This document shows positions 26,361-39,600 of a stretch of DNA of 64,000 nt, one piece after another. The notes beneath the pieces were generated by a model. That model was given only the letters and a program-made list of their open reading frames with translations, did not search any database and was not told the DNA's origin. Within the stretch, counting starts at the first letter, position 1, and every line of letters starts with the position of its first letter. This stretch comes from Mustelus asterias. Taxonomy: Eukaryota. A program made the position numbers and the translations under genes. The DNA lies in assembly GCF_964213995.1 (NCBI RefSeq), contig NC_135815.1, positions 101,742,001 to 101,806,000 on the forward strand. Direction: 5' to 3'.

Positions 26361-27134
26361 GCATTATTAATCTTGCTACACAAGCACACGGCCAGACAGC
26401 AACATGCAGAGTAATACTGGCAACAAGAGCAAATGGAAATCACCCACATTGTACAGATTTAGATAGGAGACTAATTACAAACACAAATCAAAATTAAAAA
26501 CTGAAGTGATGTAAAATGATGTTATAAATAACTGGAGATTTATATATATAGTAAGGGTGGACTAGGCTTCAGATTGCAGGAAGATGATGTTAACAAGCGA
26601 AATGCAGCAAAGGTTAAAGGAGACTATAATGCTTGCAAATGTGACTTCAAGCATTTACAGCCTAACCAATTAAAAGAAATTAGAATTAGCAACAGATTTT
26701 AAACTGTGCAAAAAATCTAATTTGAGTTTACAGGCAGCAATTAAAACATAACATTAGGCAAATGCTCAATTTATATAAAACATGGTTCCAAAGTATTGTA
26801 ATTGTGCTTCCCACTTGCTTTTTACTGAAGTGCTTTGACTTCTGCTATGGTCGCTATGTAAGTGGGAGACAATTTTCCAAAGATGTCCAAAAAGGTTCCA
26901 AAAATTCTGCAAACTATGATATCCATCAGTAAGCAAGCAATGCAAATTGTGAACTTCATGAGCATCTAAACATCAAAGCAGCTCTGTCCCACGCTTAATG
27001 TTGTGAACTTTGGCATTTCAATTTATTCATTATTGGTTATTTTCCTACGTTAGAAAGAGATGTAAAGACAAAGTTGACCCAAGTAAGTAAATAACTTAGT
27101 TAAGGATCAGCACTCAAGCCAGCCTCCCACCCTT

Positions 27135-27636
27135 TAATAAGGATATTATTGAACTAGAAAGAGTGCAGAAAAGATTTACTAGGATGCTACCAGAACTTGA
27201 TGGGTTGAGTTATGGGGATAGGCTGGATAGACTGGGACTTTTTTCTCTGGAGCGTAGGAGGCTGAGGGGTGATCTCATAGAGGTCTATAAAATAATGAGG
27301 GGCACAGATCAGCTGGATAGTCAATATCTTTTCCCAAAGGTAGGGAAGTCTAGAACTAGAGGACATAGGTTTAAGGTGAGAGGGGAGAGATACAAGAGTG
27401 TCCAGAGGGGCAATTTTTTCACGCAGAGGGTGGTGAGTGTCCGGAACAAGCTGCCAGAGGTAGTAGTAGAGGCGGGTACAATTTTGTCTTTTAAAAAGCA
27501 TTTAGATAGTTACTTGGGTATGATGGGTATAGAGGGATATGGGGCAATTGGGATTAGCTTAGGGGTTTTAAGAAAGGGCGGCATGGACAAGTTGGGCCGA
27601 AGGGCCTGTTTCCATGCTGTGAACCTCTATGACTCT
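27135..27636 (+). mobile_element. Young CR1 3' fragment (same subfamily as 9370-10385)
   Basis: Open QKRFTRMLP...KKHLDSY followed by 3'UTR and CTATGACTCT tail. Confidence 0.92.
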
Positions 27637-28079
27637 AGCACACTTGAATTCCTCGGTGCTGAACCCCTTTTAAATTGAAAATACTGAAATCCCATTGGAA
27701 ACTGAAAACCCAATCAAATCTCAAATGTTAACAAAGAGAATTATATAATTTTAGCAGTATTAACCTATATATCGATATACATTCAAGCACCTTCCTGCAG
27801 TTACTACCATGTGGTTTCACATGAGCAGAACTGAATTCCTCTTCTGGCTCAGGTAGTTAGGCATTAAGTTATTCAAACACTGATGCAGTGATGATTGGAC
27901 TTGTAGTCAAGATTAGAGCAGAGGTAGGACAACTTGCCTCAAAACTCCTGCATTGGAGTTGGGGACACATGGATTGAAGTTTGCCAAAATTGCCATTCTA
28001 ATTTCTGCCCAACAATTGACTGGATGTGTGACAGTGATGAGAACAGGGTCAGACTCAGCTTCTGTAGTCCTATTGGTTG

Positions 28080-28585
28080 TATTGGAATACTCCCCACCTT
28101 CCTGGATGGGTGTAACTCCAACAACACACAAGAAGCTTGACACCATCCAGGACAAATCAGCCCGCTTGATTGGCACCACATCTACAAACATCCACTCCCT
28201 CCACCACCGACGCTCAGTAGCAGCAGTGTGTACCATCTACAAGATGCACTGCAGCAATTCACCAAAGATCCTTAGACAACACCTTCCAAACCCACGACCA
28301 CTTCCATCTAGAAGGACAAGGGCAGCAGATAAATGGGAACACCACCACCTGCAAGTTCCCCTCCAAGCCACTCACCATCCTGACTTGGAAATATATCACC
28401 GTTACTTTGCAGTCGCTAGGTCAAAATCCTGGAATTCCCTCCCTAACGGCATTGTGGGACAACCCACAGCACGTGGACTGCAGCGATTCAAGAAGACAGC
28501 TCACCACCACCTTCTCAAGGGCAACTAGGGATGGGCAACAAAAGCTGGCCAGCCAGCGACGCCCATGTTCCCCAAATGAATAAAG
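28080..28585 (+). mobile_element. CR1/L2-group LINE 3' end (family with YKMHCSNSP)
   Basis: EYSPPSW...LDTIQDK...HHRRSVAAV...WNSLP; tail GGGCAACTAGGGATGGGCAA. Confidence 0.82.
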
Positions 28586-29023
28586 AAGATATATCCTGCT
28601 TATTGTTAGAGCACACCCAGCCACACCATAGCAAAGGTGAAACACACTCAAGAGGGGAGAAAATTGGGGGAGGATAACGACATAACCATGATACCTCCAG
28701 AATATTAGATGGACTCTAGCTCTCTTTGTATATTTTAGGTTGTTTAAAGCAAAATACATTATGCCAAATGAATGAGGAACACGAAGCAGAGATCAGCATT
28801 TACAGAATAAGGTGGATAGCATATAGGAATGGTCAGAACAGCACAGAAGATATTTACCGCAGCCAAGTACCATGTGGTACATTTTCAAAGCTAAGAGACA
28901 ATTGCACTGATACCAAGAAAGAAAGAACAAATTTGACTTTATAATACACATTCTCAGGATGCCTGAAGTGGCTTCACAGTCAATCAATTTCTTCTGAATG
29001 GCAGTCAATGTTGTAACCTTGGG

Positions 29024-29473
29024 CAGTGGTTCCCAACCTTTTATATATCACTGTATATCTCCATACAGTATCAAAACATTTCAGACACACCTCCTACTTT
29101 CTCTGTCTGCTTCCCTTACTGGGAACTTCATTTTTAACTTCTCCTCGTCCTCACACTTGGTTTTTTTCACCTCTCTCTGATTCTCTTGCTTCTCCCAGGG
29201 ATTGTGCGCCCTTTTGGAGTTTTTGTGCGGGCGCATGGGGACCTTTATCTTCAGTTCCAAGTCCCGTTGGGAATGCGCGTGGACCTGGCCACCATAAAAA
29301 ACTCAAAACCACGCATGTGCAGCTCTTTCGCAGCCGGCGCAGGCACTGGAGACCCAAGATTCATCACGTCCTAGAGATGCTGAAGACGAAGGTTAGTCTT
29401 AGTTCAGTCACATGAACCATTTTGAATTGTTTTTGTAGCACACTTGGGGAGTCTTCAGGGCACACTACCACTG
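29024..29473. mobile_element. hAT-type non-autonomous DNA transposon inserted in a minus-strand DeuSINE (about 28920-29640)
   Basis: CAGTGGT...ACCACTG termini; 8-bp flanks ACCTTGGG/ATCCTGGG; the Deu-domain sequence joins across it. Confidence 0.65.
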
Positions 29474-29647
29474 ATCCTGGGAATAACAGCAGCCAATTTG
29501 TGGACAGCAAGGTTCCACAAACAACAACGAGATAAATAACCTGATCGACTGTTTCTTATGGTATTATTTAAGAATAAACATTGATTCTTTGAATGCATGT
29601 GGTATTTAATATCAACCTCAGGGGTACAAGGCCAGCAGAGTAACTTT

Positions 29648-30140
29648 TTAGAGTCAGAGTTTTACAGCACAGAGACCCTCTGGCCCATCGTGTCCACACC
29701 GGCCATTAGCACCTATCCATTCTAACCCCATTTTCCAGCACTTGGTCCAAGCCTTCTATGCTATGGCATTTCAAGTGCTTATCTAAATGCTTCTTAAATG
29801 TTGTGAGGGCCTTTGTCTCCTCCACCCTTTCAGACAGAGTTCCAGATTACCACCACTCTCTGAAAATCTTTTTCCTCACATCTCCTATGAACTTCCTGCT
29901 CCTTAACAATCTATGCCCCCTGGTATTGACCTCTCTGCTAAGGGATAAAGTTCCTTCCTAACCACCCTATCTACACCCTTCATAATTTTTTTACACCCCA
30001 ATCAGGTCCCTCTTCAGCCATCTCTGCTCCAAGGAAAACAGCCCCAGCCTATCCAGTCTCTCTTAAAAGTGGAAACGCTCGAGCCCAGGTAACATCCTGG
30101 TGAATCTCCTCTGCACCCTCTCTCATGCAATCACTTCCTT
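29648..30140 (-). mobile_element. CR1 3' fragment
   Basis: AGAGTCAGAG tail and ...GTGAATCTCCTCTGCACCCTCTC. Confidence 0.82.
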
Positions 30141-30164
30141 TATCCAAAAGTCAATGCTTCCACC

Positions 30165-30610
30165 AATTTGGCATTCCCTCAAATGCACTGAGGTGTTAGC
30201 CCTAGAATTTATGCTCAAATCTCTAAAATGGGCTTTAACCCAAAACTTCTGACTTGGAGGCGGGTACTACCCCAAACCAAGGCTAACAAATTTGTAGCAC
30301 CTTTAACACAGAAAAGATACCCAAAGAACTTAAGCATAATCAGTATGCTGAAGCAAAAGAAATAAGTGGAGAGCAAAATGTTTGGGACGAGAAATGGGTT
30401 TTTAAGGAAGGACATTAAGGAGGAGAGGGACATGAGGGGCAAAAAATTCTAGGCTGTGTGGCCTAGATGGCAGCCAAGATGGTCAATGGTGGAGCAAGAA
30501 TGGGGAGGGATTTCACAAAAGGCCAGTTAGTGGAGCAAAGAGTTCCGGAGGCTGTAGGGGGGCCAGAGGAGGATACAGAGATGAAAGGGCCAAGGCCGTA
30601 AAGCAGCTTC
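30165..30610 (-). mobile_element. DeuSINE head relic followed by L2 3' relic
   Basis: GCATTCCCTC...GCACTG...CTAGAATTTATGCTCAA...CTTCTGACT; then an L2-like GGGTTTTTAAGGA...GGCCTAG stretch. Confidence 0.5.
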
Positions 30611-31431
30611 AATTCAAGTTATGATTAATTTAATTTCCTGTTATTTTTAGATTTGACAATACACCAACTGAAAATTCCAAGCCACTTCCATGCACACCTT
30701 ATATTATGTTTCACTGTATCACACTGGAATAGTTTTGTAGATTTATGCAAGCATAATACCCTCACACAACAGGGCAATTCTGTGCATTCTACAAAGTTCA
30801 CTGTTTAACAGAATAGTCTTGTGCTTTTGGGTTGATCTGCATTCATGTCATGAAATCCTACTTAAATGAGGAAGTTCCAAAATATTTATAAGTGCCATAT
30901 GACTGTAAATGGGGAAGCTGAACTGAACCTAGACAGAAGGACCATGGCTGAGACACAAATTTACATCATCAGCAAAGGTTTTCCAGCAAGCGCAACATGT
31001 AAAATCTGATGGGATCCAATTGGCAAATATCTTAATGGAAATACGAGTGAGGCTCTGTGTGCTGTAACCTTGCACTGGTTCCCTTATGCATTATTGATTT
31101 TGGTGTTAAATGTCTCCATACGAAATCCAGTCCTTTTTAAATTCAGGACAAGTTTTAACATGTTATTATTTTCTTTCAAGTTCTGGCATTGAATGTGTTT
31201 GAGGGTTGGGTGCACAAACTGTTCCCCAACTTCAGCTAACGTCACTTAGACCACACTAGAAAATTCTGGTACATATTCCAGCAACGTACTCACCTGATAT
31301 TCCTTCCCACCTGTCCGGGTGCTTTTGCTAAATATCCCCCACAGCCGGTACCCAGAAATCAAACCTGCGCTCCAACAATGTGGTGCTCCTGTGTTTTAAA
31401 GTTTCATTTGCAAGTTAGCTACACTTCTGTC

Positions 31432-32373
31432 TAACATATGAACCATAGGAATTAGGAGCAGAAGTAGGCAATTCAGCCCTACAAACCTGCTCCACCATTC
31501 AATCAGATCATGGCTATCTTTTCCTGGTCTCAAATCCATCTCCTTACCTACTCCCCATATCCCCACCTACTCCCCATATCCCCTTATCTCTTTCTTATTA
31601 GAAATATATCTATCTTTTTCTTGAAACCATTTAATGATTCAGATTCCACCACGCTATGGGGCAGCGAGTTCCACAAATTCACCACCCTCTGCGAGAAGTA
31701 GTTCCTCCTCATCTCAGTTTTCAATAGAGTCATAGAGGTTTACAGCATGGAAACAGGCTCTTCGGCCCAACTTGTCCATGCCGCCCTTTTTAAAAAAAAA
31801 ACCCTTAAACTAATCCCAATTGCCTTCATTTGGCCCATATCCCTCTATACCCATTGTACCCATGTAACTATCTAAATGCTTCTTAAAAGATAAAATTGTA
31901 CCCGCCTCTACTACTACCTCTGGCAGCTTGTTCCACAACACCAGGTTAAAGTCCAACAGGTTTATTTGGTAGCAAAAGCCTCTCCACTCACATTGTTTCG
32001 TCTCTTAAAGACTTGATTAGTTGTAAGTATTTGCATTCCAACCATTATTCATGTAAATTGAGTCTGTGTCTTTATAAGCTCTGTTTGTGAACAGAATTCC
32101 CACTCACCTGAAGAAGGGGCTAAGAGCTCCGAAAGCTTGTGTGGCTTTTGCTACCAAATAAACCTGTTGGACTTTAACCTGGTGTTGTTAAACTTCTTAC
32201 TGTGTTTACCCCAGTCCAACGCCGGCATCTCCACAGCTTGTTCCAGACACTCACCACCCTCTGTGTGAAAAAATTGCCCCTCTGGACACTTTTGTATCTC
32301 TCTCCCAAATCTACTGTCTCTCAACCTATACCTGTGACCTCTTGCTCCAGATTGCTCAGAAGGGGAAACATTT
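31432..32373 (-). mobile_element. Nested cluster: CR1-A containing CR1-B (31725-32306) containing Penelope family A (31936-32233)
   Basis: PLE flanked by 12-bp TSD CAGCTTGTTCCA; CR1-A joins across as in the uninterrupted copy at 35340-35825. Confidence 0.85.
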
Positions 32374-33696
32374 GATCTCATCACAAGTTAATTCTTTGTG
32401 GAAATATACAAGTACTGTCCTGTTCATTATTTTGAGATTGAAGTTATCTGTTCAACATCAAACACGGAAGTTTCTACAATTTAAACACATTAGTAACATA
32501 TTGAAAACTGCACTTGAGGAAGGAAAGTTAACTGGATGTAATGTGGAAAGATGAATGGTCCCATGTAAATAAAAACAGTCTTTGCTTAATGGCTGTTTCC
32601 CATACACAAAGGTCAGTAATTTGATTAGACGCGTATTTGACTCTCCTTCATTCAAAAAAGGATTGAAATAGAAGTTTGTAGTAAAACTAGATTGCCATTC
32701 ACGCATAATGACTGAAAACAGATTGCAATCGAGAATTTAAAACAAGTTTAAAAACAAGATAATACAAAGCTTACGACAAGAAACAGAAATATTTACACAT
32801 CCAATTGAATCAACCCGTGAGATCAAGTAGTTTGCATCTACTTTTAATACATTACTTGGCAAGTATAGCTTCACATAGCAGGTGAGTGCTTCACTATGAA
32901 GACAGTGGAATTAAGAAATTCACGTAGAATTAGGCACAGCAGTAAAGCCACCACCCAACAGAATCACAAAAATAAAATTATAACCTTGCGGTATTTATGT
33001 TTGGAATATACATTTGTGGGAATTGCTTTTCCAGCAGCAGTGGAGCTCGTGGCACGCAAAAATCAATGTGTTGATATAATGTATAAAAACATCCTCACTG
33101 AGGATTACAAATAATGTAGTTATTGCAGGTGTACTGAATAATGGTCATATGAGTGAAATCACACACATGAAGATATGATGTAGGTTGTTATAGGCACTGA
33201 AACTAAATGATATAACCTGTCAGATTTAGAACTGGGGTTGAAAGTAGTGAAAAAAGTTTTCTGAAATCATGCACACGTCAAGTATACAGATACCATATAA
33301 AAAACTAGATTTATCTTAAGAAACAATTTCTACTGCTGTTGCAATATCAAACAAAACAAAGTGTGGGAAAGGCCTCATCAATACTCACTATCAGGTGGAT
33401 GATGCATCCAATCACTCGCAGTGCTAACTCCCACGCAAAAAATCATGGCCAATTTCAGGAAAGGCCGAATCCCCAACTCCCCAAGCAAATTCCAATCAAC
33501 AATTTGTTACCCAAGTCACACCACTAGCAACACCCTCCTTTCAACCCCAGTGCATGACAAAATCCGACATCCATTTCACTCACTGAAAATTGCAATTATT
33601 TCTGATGCAAACTCTGAACTGGCAAACTGTGCCCTAAGCAGTAACTATTTGTTATCATTTGAGATTTTTAAAATTGTAGGTCCCTCTGGCCAAACG

Positions 33697-33955
33697 CATA
33701 GAATCCCTACAGTGCAGAAGGAGGCCATTCAACCTATGAAATCTGCACCTACTCTCTGACAGAGTTACCAGGCCCTTTCTCCATAGCCCACTTATCATGG
33801 CCAATCCTCCTAACCTGCACATCTTTGGACTGTGGAAGGAAACCGGAGCGCCCGGGGGAAACCCATGTAGACACGGGGAGAACATGCAAACTACACACAG
33901 ACAGTCACCCAAAGCCGGAATCAAACCCGGGTCCTTAGCCACCCCTGTACCACCT
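33697..33955 (-). mobile_element. HE1/V-SINE
   Basis: Reverse complement of HE1 with a shortened head. Confidence 0.82.
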
Positions 33956-35339
33956 CAAAACATAATGGTCAAATTAAGTTTCTAGAGACAGTTAAGAGCA
34001 GTGACACTAGTATAGGAGACATGCACTATCGAGTGCTCCAGTAGTGGAAATTTGGTGACACAGTTGTTTGCTGCATGAACAATAAAACTGAAGGTCAGTT
34101 AGAGCAGGAAGGGCAGATGCTTTGTCAACACAACTCCACTGACTTTCTCCACCACTGAATACACCCAGAAGGACAAAATATTTGTCAGCTGCCTGGCTAT
34201 TTCTCAATCCATATTTGTGAGAAATTGATTTGCTTACAGGTTCATGATTCTAGAGGGAGTATGTTACTCAACAATCTCACGATGTACTGAGATGACCACT
34301 GTTAGTGTGGCATATTGCTTAGAATGTGGGCTCACAGGAAAACTCACAATATAACTTATAGGAAAATGTTCAGCAGCAATTAATAGTTCACACAAAATTA
34401 AATTTAACTCAAAATTCCATTTATATAACTTTCAATATTTGAAAACTTTACGCACAGATTTTTACTGCAGGCATTGTATTTAAATTGGGAATTTTGTTGA
34501 ATGATGCACAGCAAAAGACTCAACGTTTTCCATGGCTAACTATTAAACTTTGTTTAAAACCAGCTCTGAACTTTGGCTCTATTCTCTCCCCACAGATGCT
34601 GTCAGACCTGCTGAGATTTTCCAGCATTTTCTGTTTTTGGATTAAACTTTGTAATTAGTTTTCACAATTTTAGAACTGTAACACACCCAAAAAACTAGTC
34701 AGCTTTGAAGCCTTACCACATGTACTCATTCACGTTTTATTTTTGTAGTTTCTATTGTCCATCTCAATCTGCCATTTTACACCTGTTATAATTTCTGTTC
34801 TCATTTTTCCTGCATAGCCTTTTTCCTGAACACACTCTCCATAACAATTTATTTCTCCGATGTTTCACCTTTGTTTGTTTGGCCCACTATATTTTCCTGC
34901 TTGCCACAGTTGGAGGTCTATAAATAATATTCAGATTTCAGCAAAGTTAGACACGTTACAGAGCAATACATACTGAAAGATATTTTACTTAGTCGGACAC
35001 ATATCCAATACCTCAGGTGCCTTTACATTATAGCTGCTAGAGCAAGGACTTTGAGTGATAAATGGAAACATAGCTCAACATACTGAAAAGTTACCTGGAA
35101 AGAACATCTCATCAATATGTAGCTGTGAATTAGCCGTATATCATTAAAGATACGAGCTATTGTAAATATTGATTTCTTCATTTCAATTGCTAAGAAAGCA
35201 TTAACGTCCGTACATAAAACACAATCTGTAAATTCACACTCCGATTTTAAATACATTTTTCCACATCACCACAAATCAAGCGGCTGTAACCAAACTACTA
35301 AATGGTGTCATTCCGCTTCGCTCAAATCATTTTTCTGAT

Positions 35340-35825
35340 ATAGGAACATAGGAATTAGGAGCAAAAGTCGGAAATTCAGCCCTTTGAGCCTGTTTCACCA
35401 TTCAATCAGATCATGGCTGATCTCTTCCTGGTCTCAAATCGCCTCCCCACTTGCTCCCCATATCCCTTTAACGCTTTTTTAAAAAATCAGAAATATATCC
35501 ATTCAATGATTCAGACTCCACCGCGCGATGGGGCAGCGAGTTCCACAAATTCACCACCCTCTGCGAGAAGTAGTTCCTCCTCATCTCAGTTTTAAATCTA
35601 CCGCCTCTCAACCTATACCTGTGACCTCTTGTTCTAGATTGCCCCACAAGGGGGAATATTTGGTCTATGTTTACTTTATCGATCCCTTTCAGTATTTTGT
35701 GTGCCTCGATCAGATCCCCCTCATCCTTCTAAACTCCAGCAAGTACAAGCCCAAACTGTTTAATCACTCCTCATACATCAACCCTTTCATCCTCAGAATC
35801 AATCTGGTGAACCTCCGATTCAACT
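35340..35825 (-). mobile_element. CR1 3' fragment
   Basis: TAGGAACATAGGAA tail; ...AATCTGGTGAACCTCC. Confidence 0.85.
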
Positions 35826-36929
35826 GGTAAACAAGTTACTAAAAATTCTGGTGCGGTCAAATGTAAGCATTGCTCCTCCAGCTGCAAAAGGAACTTTTTC
35901 TATTGTCAGACTGAGATCTCCATAGGGCCAAGTGATGTGCTCAGAAACACTGTCACTGCCACCTGGAATCTGATATGCAGCAACTGGTTTTGAGATGTTC
36001 TTCCATTGTGCTTGCTCAGTCAGCTCATAGGATCCTGCTTCCAAACACCTCAATTTTCCACATTTCATGGATATTAATATCAGGATCATTAGCATCGCGT
36101 CTCCACTTTCCTCCCCACTTCCAGAAAGGCTCACAGGTGCCTGGAATTCTCCCAACATTTTTCAGCTATCACCACATGCTGCTTATTCAAATCCCAGTAA
36201 CCAAATACGACATTGAAATCAAACTGCTGTTGGGAGGACAACACAAAAAAAACAGTAACCCTGTCCTCCATAGCCCCAAGCACAATAGCAGCTGACGCAT
36301 CCTCACTGAATATGCAGCTATACTATCCTGACCACAGCAAGATAGCACAGAGAAATCAAAAGGCAGTGTTTTTATTTGAGAGAAATACTGTATGTACCCT
36401 TAGAAACTTTAAGGTTACTTTCCCATTATGTATTTTGCTTTAAGAATGCAAATAAAGTTTGGATTATTTCTACATCGAATATGTTCCTCATATTTAAATG
36501 TTGCCCAAACACTGAAAAGTGTCAATTATGGGAGTTGGGCCCTTTACGTCATTGCCAAAAAAACTGACTAGGTTTCTATACTATCAACTGCTTTCAGAGT
36601 AAATTATTAACTAAATAAGGAGCCCACATGCTTGTTTGTAGGAAGGAAACAAAATTCTAAAAGATGGCATTTTTAAAAAGGTGACATTTCAGTAGACTGT
36701 TGGAAATAACTGGGAAAAGGGTTATTGTCATCAATGTCAAACTGACAGAAAAATGTCAAATTCCCCACAACTTCTGGTGTAAGAGAAGGAAAGTGATGTG
36801 AGGTGAGCTTTAACTTTGTTCCTCATGTGTACAGGGCTGGGGGATTACAGGTGCACTCACTGACTCTGCTGTACCTGGCCTCCTGATCAACTTTATTCAA
36901 CACTGAGGGCTTGAGGGAAATGCCCCATT

Positions 36930-37660
36930 GGCGGCAGGGGGAGGATCAGCCCGCTGATAACCCCCGGCTGCAACACAAACACTCAGTCAATGATTAAACT
37001 GCAGGCTCCAGGCCCAGGCTGACAGCGGCTCCGAGTGAGCGGACAGCCCGTGGCCCTCACCCCCTCTGCCCCGGCTCCCGCTCAGGCCGCAGCAGCTCCA
37101 GCGGCCCGGGACAACCCGGGGGACAGGGGCTGGCGGTTAGGCCGCGCTTCCTCACCGCCAGGCCGGCTCCAGCCCGGCCCGAGCCTCGGGGCTTCCTCCC
37201 CGGCCCCGACAGCAGGAAGCTTACCTCAGGCCGCGGGCCCGCTCTCTCTCTCTCCGGGGTTCCGGGTCCCGCTGTTACCGGCCCGGCTCCTCCGCGGCTC
37301 CCATCCCGGGCTCTCCCTCTCTCTCAGCCCGGCCGCTCAGCGCGCCCCCCCCCCCCACTGCGCGCGCATCGCCCGGCCCGGCTGACGTCATCGCCCGGCC
37401 CACTAGGGGTGACGTCATCACGTCCCCATTGGTACACGCGTCGCGCGCCCACTGGCGTCGTCACAGACCCGCCCCCTCCAGCCAAACCCTCCGGGAATGC
37501 TGACGCTCCGCCCACAAACTCGCAAACCCGCCCCTTAATATAAACCCCGCCCCTCGGATTAAACCCCGCCCCTCAGGTTAAACCCCGCCCCTTAATATAA
37601 ACCCCGCCCCTCAGATTAAACCCCGCCCCTCCACATGAAGCCCCGCCCCTGCAGGTGAAC
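36930..37660 (-). promoter_or_regulatory. CpG island / AFTPH promoter with two full CRE sites, a CCAAT box and GC boxes
   Basis: Very GC- and CpG-rich. TGACGTCA at 37383-37390 and 37410-37417; ATTGG (CCAAT on minus) at 37428-37432; repeated CCCCGCCCC from about 37525. Confidence 0.85.
37225..37380 (-). other. AFTPH: Probable non-coding exon 1 of AFTPH (upstream boundary/TSS approximate)
   Basis: Strong donor GAG|GTAAGC at 37225 inside the only CpG island, just downstream (on the minus strand) of CRE/CCAAT/GC boxes. Exon 2 starts with an acceptor, so an upstream exon is required. Confidence 0.7.
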
Positions 37661-38425
37661 CCCGATGTGGAGGTGTTGGACTGGGGTAAACACAGTAAGA
37701 AGTCTCACACCAGGTTAAAGTCCAACAGGTTTATTTGGTAGCAAAAGCCACTAGCTTTCGGAGCACTGCCCCTTCGTCAGGTGAGTGGGAGTTCTGTTCA
37801 CAAACAGGGCATATATAGACACAAACTCAATTTACAAAATAATGGTTGGAATGCGGGTCTTTACAGGTAATCAAGTCTGAAAGGTACAGACACTGTGAGT
37901 GGAGAGAGCGTTCAGCACAGGTTAAAGAGATGTGTATTGTCTCCAGACAGGACAGTTAGTGAGATTTTGCAAGCCCAGACAAGTCGTAGGGGTTACAGAT
38001 AGTGTGACATGAACCCAAGATCCCGGTTGAGGCCGTCCTCCTGTGCGGAACTTGGCTATCAGTTCTGTGAAGCCCCACCCTGCTGGTGGAGCCCCACCCC
38101 TGCAGGTGGAGCCCCGCCCCTGCAGGTGGCGCCCCACCCCTGCAGGTGGAGCCCCGCCCCTGCTGGTGAAGCCCCGCCCCTGCTGGTGAAGCCCCGTCCC
38201 TGCTGGTGAAGCCCCACCCCTGCAGATGGAGCCCTAGCCCCGGCAGGTGGAGCCCCACCCCTGCTGGTGGAGCCCCGCCCCTGCAGATGGAGCCCCAGCC
38301 CCGGCAGGTGGAGCCCCACCCCTGCTGGTGGAGCCCCTCCCCTGCTGGTGGAGCCCCGCCCCTGCTGGTGGAGCCCCGCCCATGCTGGTGGAGCCCAGCC
38401 CCTGCTGGTGGAGCCCCGCCCCTAT
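37524..38425. repeat. GC-box minisatellite (about 19-20 bp unit, CCCCGCCCCTGCWGGTGGAG), split by a Penelope-like insertion
   Basis: About 7 units at 37524-37663 and about 18 units at 38067-38425. Confidence 0.9.
37664..38066 (-). mobile_element. Penelope-like element family A: ORF C-terminus plus pLTR with hammerhead core
   Basis: Minus strand ELIAKFRT/EDGLNRDLGFMSHYL* with one frameshift, resembling a PLE GIY-YIG end; CTGACGA-AGGGGCAGTGCTCC-GAAAGCTAG at 37780-37751. Confidence 0.82.
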
Positions 38426-38984
38426 AGGTCACTCTGCTCCACTGTCTCTCTCAGGCTGCCCCTTTCCCATCACTTCACCCAGCACAACCCCAGCCAGCCT
38501 GTGGACACTGAGCCCGGACTCTGCCCCCTGGTTCGCTGGCACTTGCTGCAATATTCCTGGGGGAGTTTGTCACCCTGCAAACCATCCACTTTTCCCAGCC
38601 TATGGCAGCATTGTCGCCTGGAGGCACATCCCAGTCTCACCATCCTCATCTGGGTTCTAGGAACCTAACAGCTGGTGGCAGCCAAGCACCTGATGCTTCA
38701 TTTGTTCCATAGGCAGCGTGTTCTGAAATGCTTAGCTCACAATACAGACCTGCCTGGAGCACCTGTCACCCAGAGTATCATTAACCATCACAGTTACAAT
38801 CCAAACTCACCTCCCTCTGAACAGAAAGTGCTGGAAATACTCAGCAGGTCTGGCAGCTTGTGTGGAGAGACAAACAGAGATAACGTTTCAAATCCAAAGT
38901 GATTCTTCTTTGGAACTTTCCTCTTTCTTTGCTTCAGTCAGGCATTCATTTTACACTGCTTCTGGGAGTCAGTGTAACGTTAAA

Positions 38985-39600
38985 TGTTGCTAGGGACCCA
39001 GCACAATCCCTGTGGAACACCACTAGACACAAGCTTCCAGTCACAAAAACAACCTTCAACCATCACCCTCTGACTCCTGCCACGAAGTCAACTTTCGATC
39101 CAATTCACCATATTACGCTGGGTCCCATGGACTCTTACCTTCTTGGCCACGTGGGGCCTTGTCAAAGGTCTCACTGAAGTCCATGTCGACTACATCCGCT
39201 GCCATGCCCTCATCTACACACCTCGTCACCTCCTCAAAAAATTCAATCAAATTTGTTGGACATGAGCTCCCTATGACAAAGCCATGCTGACTGTCCTTGA
39301 TTAATCCTTGCCTCTCTAAGTGGAGATTAATTCTGTCCCTCAGAATTTTTTCCAATAATTTCCCTACCATTGACATTAGACTTACTGGCCTGTAATTACC
39401 TGGTTTACCCCTATTTTGCTTCTTGAATAATAGTACCACATAAGCCATCCTCCAGTCCACTGGCACCTCTTCTGTGGCCAGAGAGAATTTGAAAATTAGT
39501 GTCAGAATCCCTGTAATCTCCTGTCTTGTTGCCCACAGCAGCCTGGGATACATGTTGTCTGGGCCTGGAGATTTAGCCACGTCTAAGCCCACTAAAACCT
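38985..39600 (-). mobile_element. CR1 ORF2 internal fragment
   Basis: KSPGPD...PGNYRPVSL...QHGF...LIEFFEEVT...DF. Confidence 0.88.

Noticed and set aside
35820-36295. 112-aa and 106-aa ORFs in AFTPH intron 1
   Set aside because: No motifs, homology or splice support.
37035-37385. 116-aa Ala/Pro-rich ORF on + over the CpG island
   Set aside because: GTG start, GC-driven lack of stops, and antisense to AFTPH exon 1.
37922-38668. Several overlapping Gly/Pro-rich ORFs
   Set aside because: By-products of the stop-poor GC-box minisatellite.
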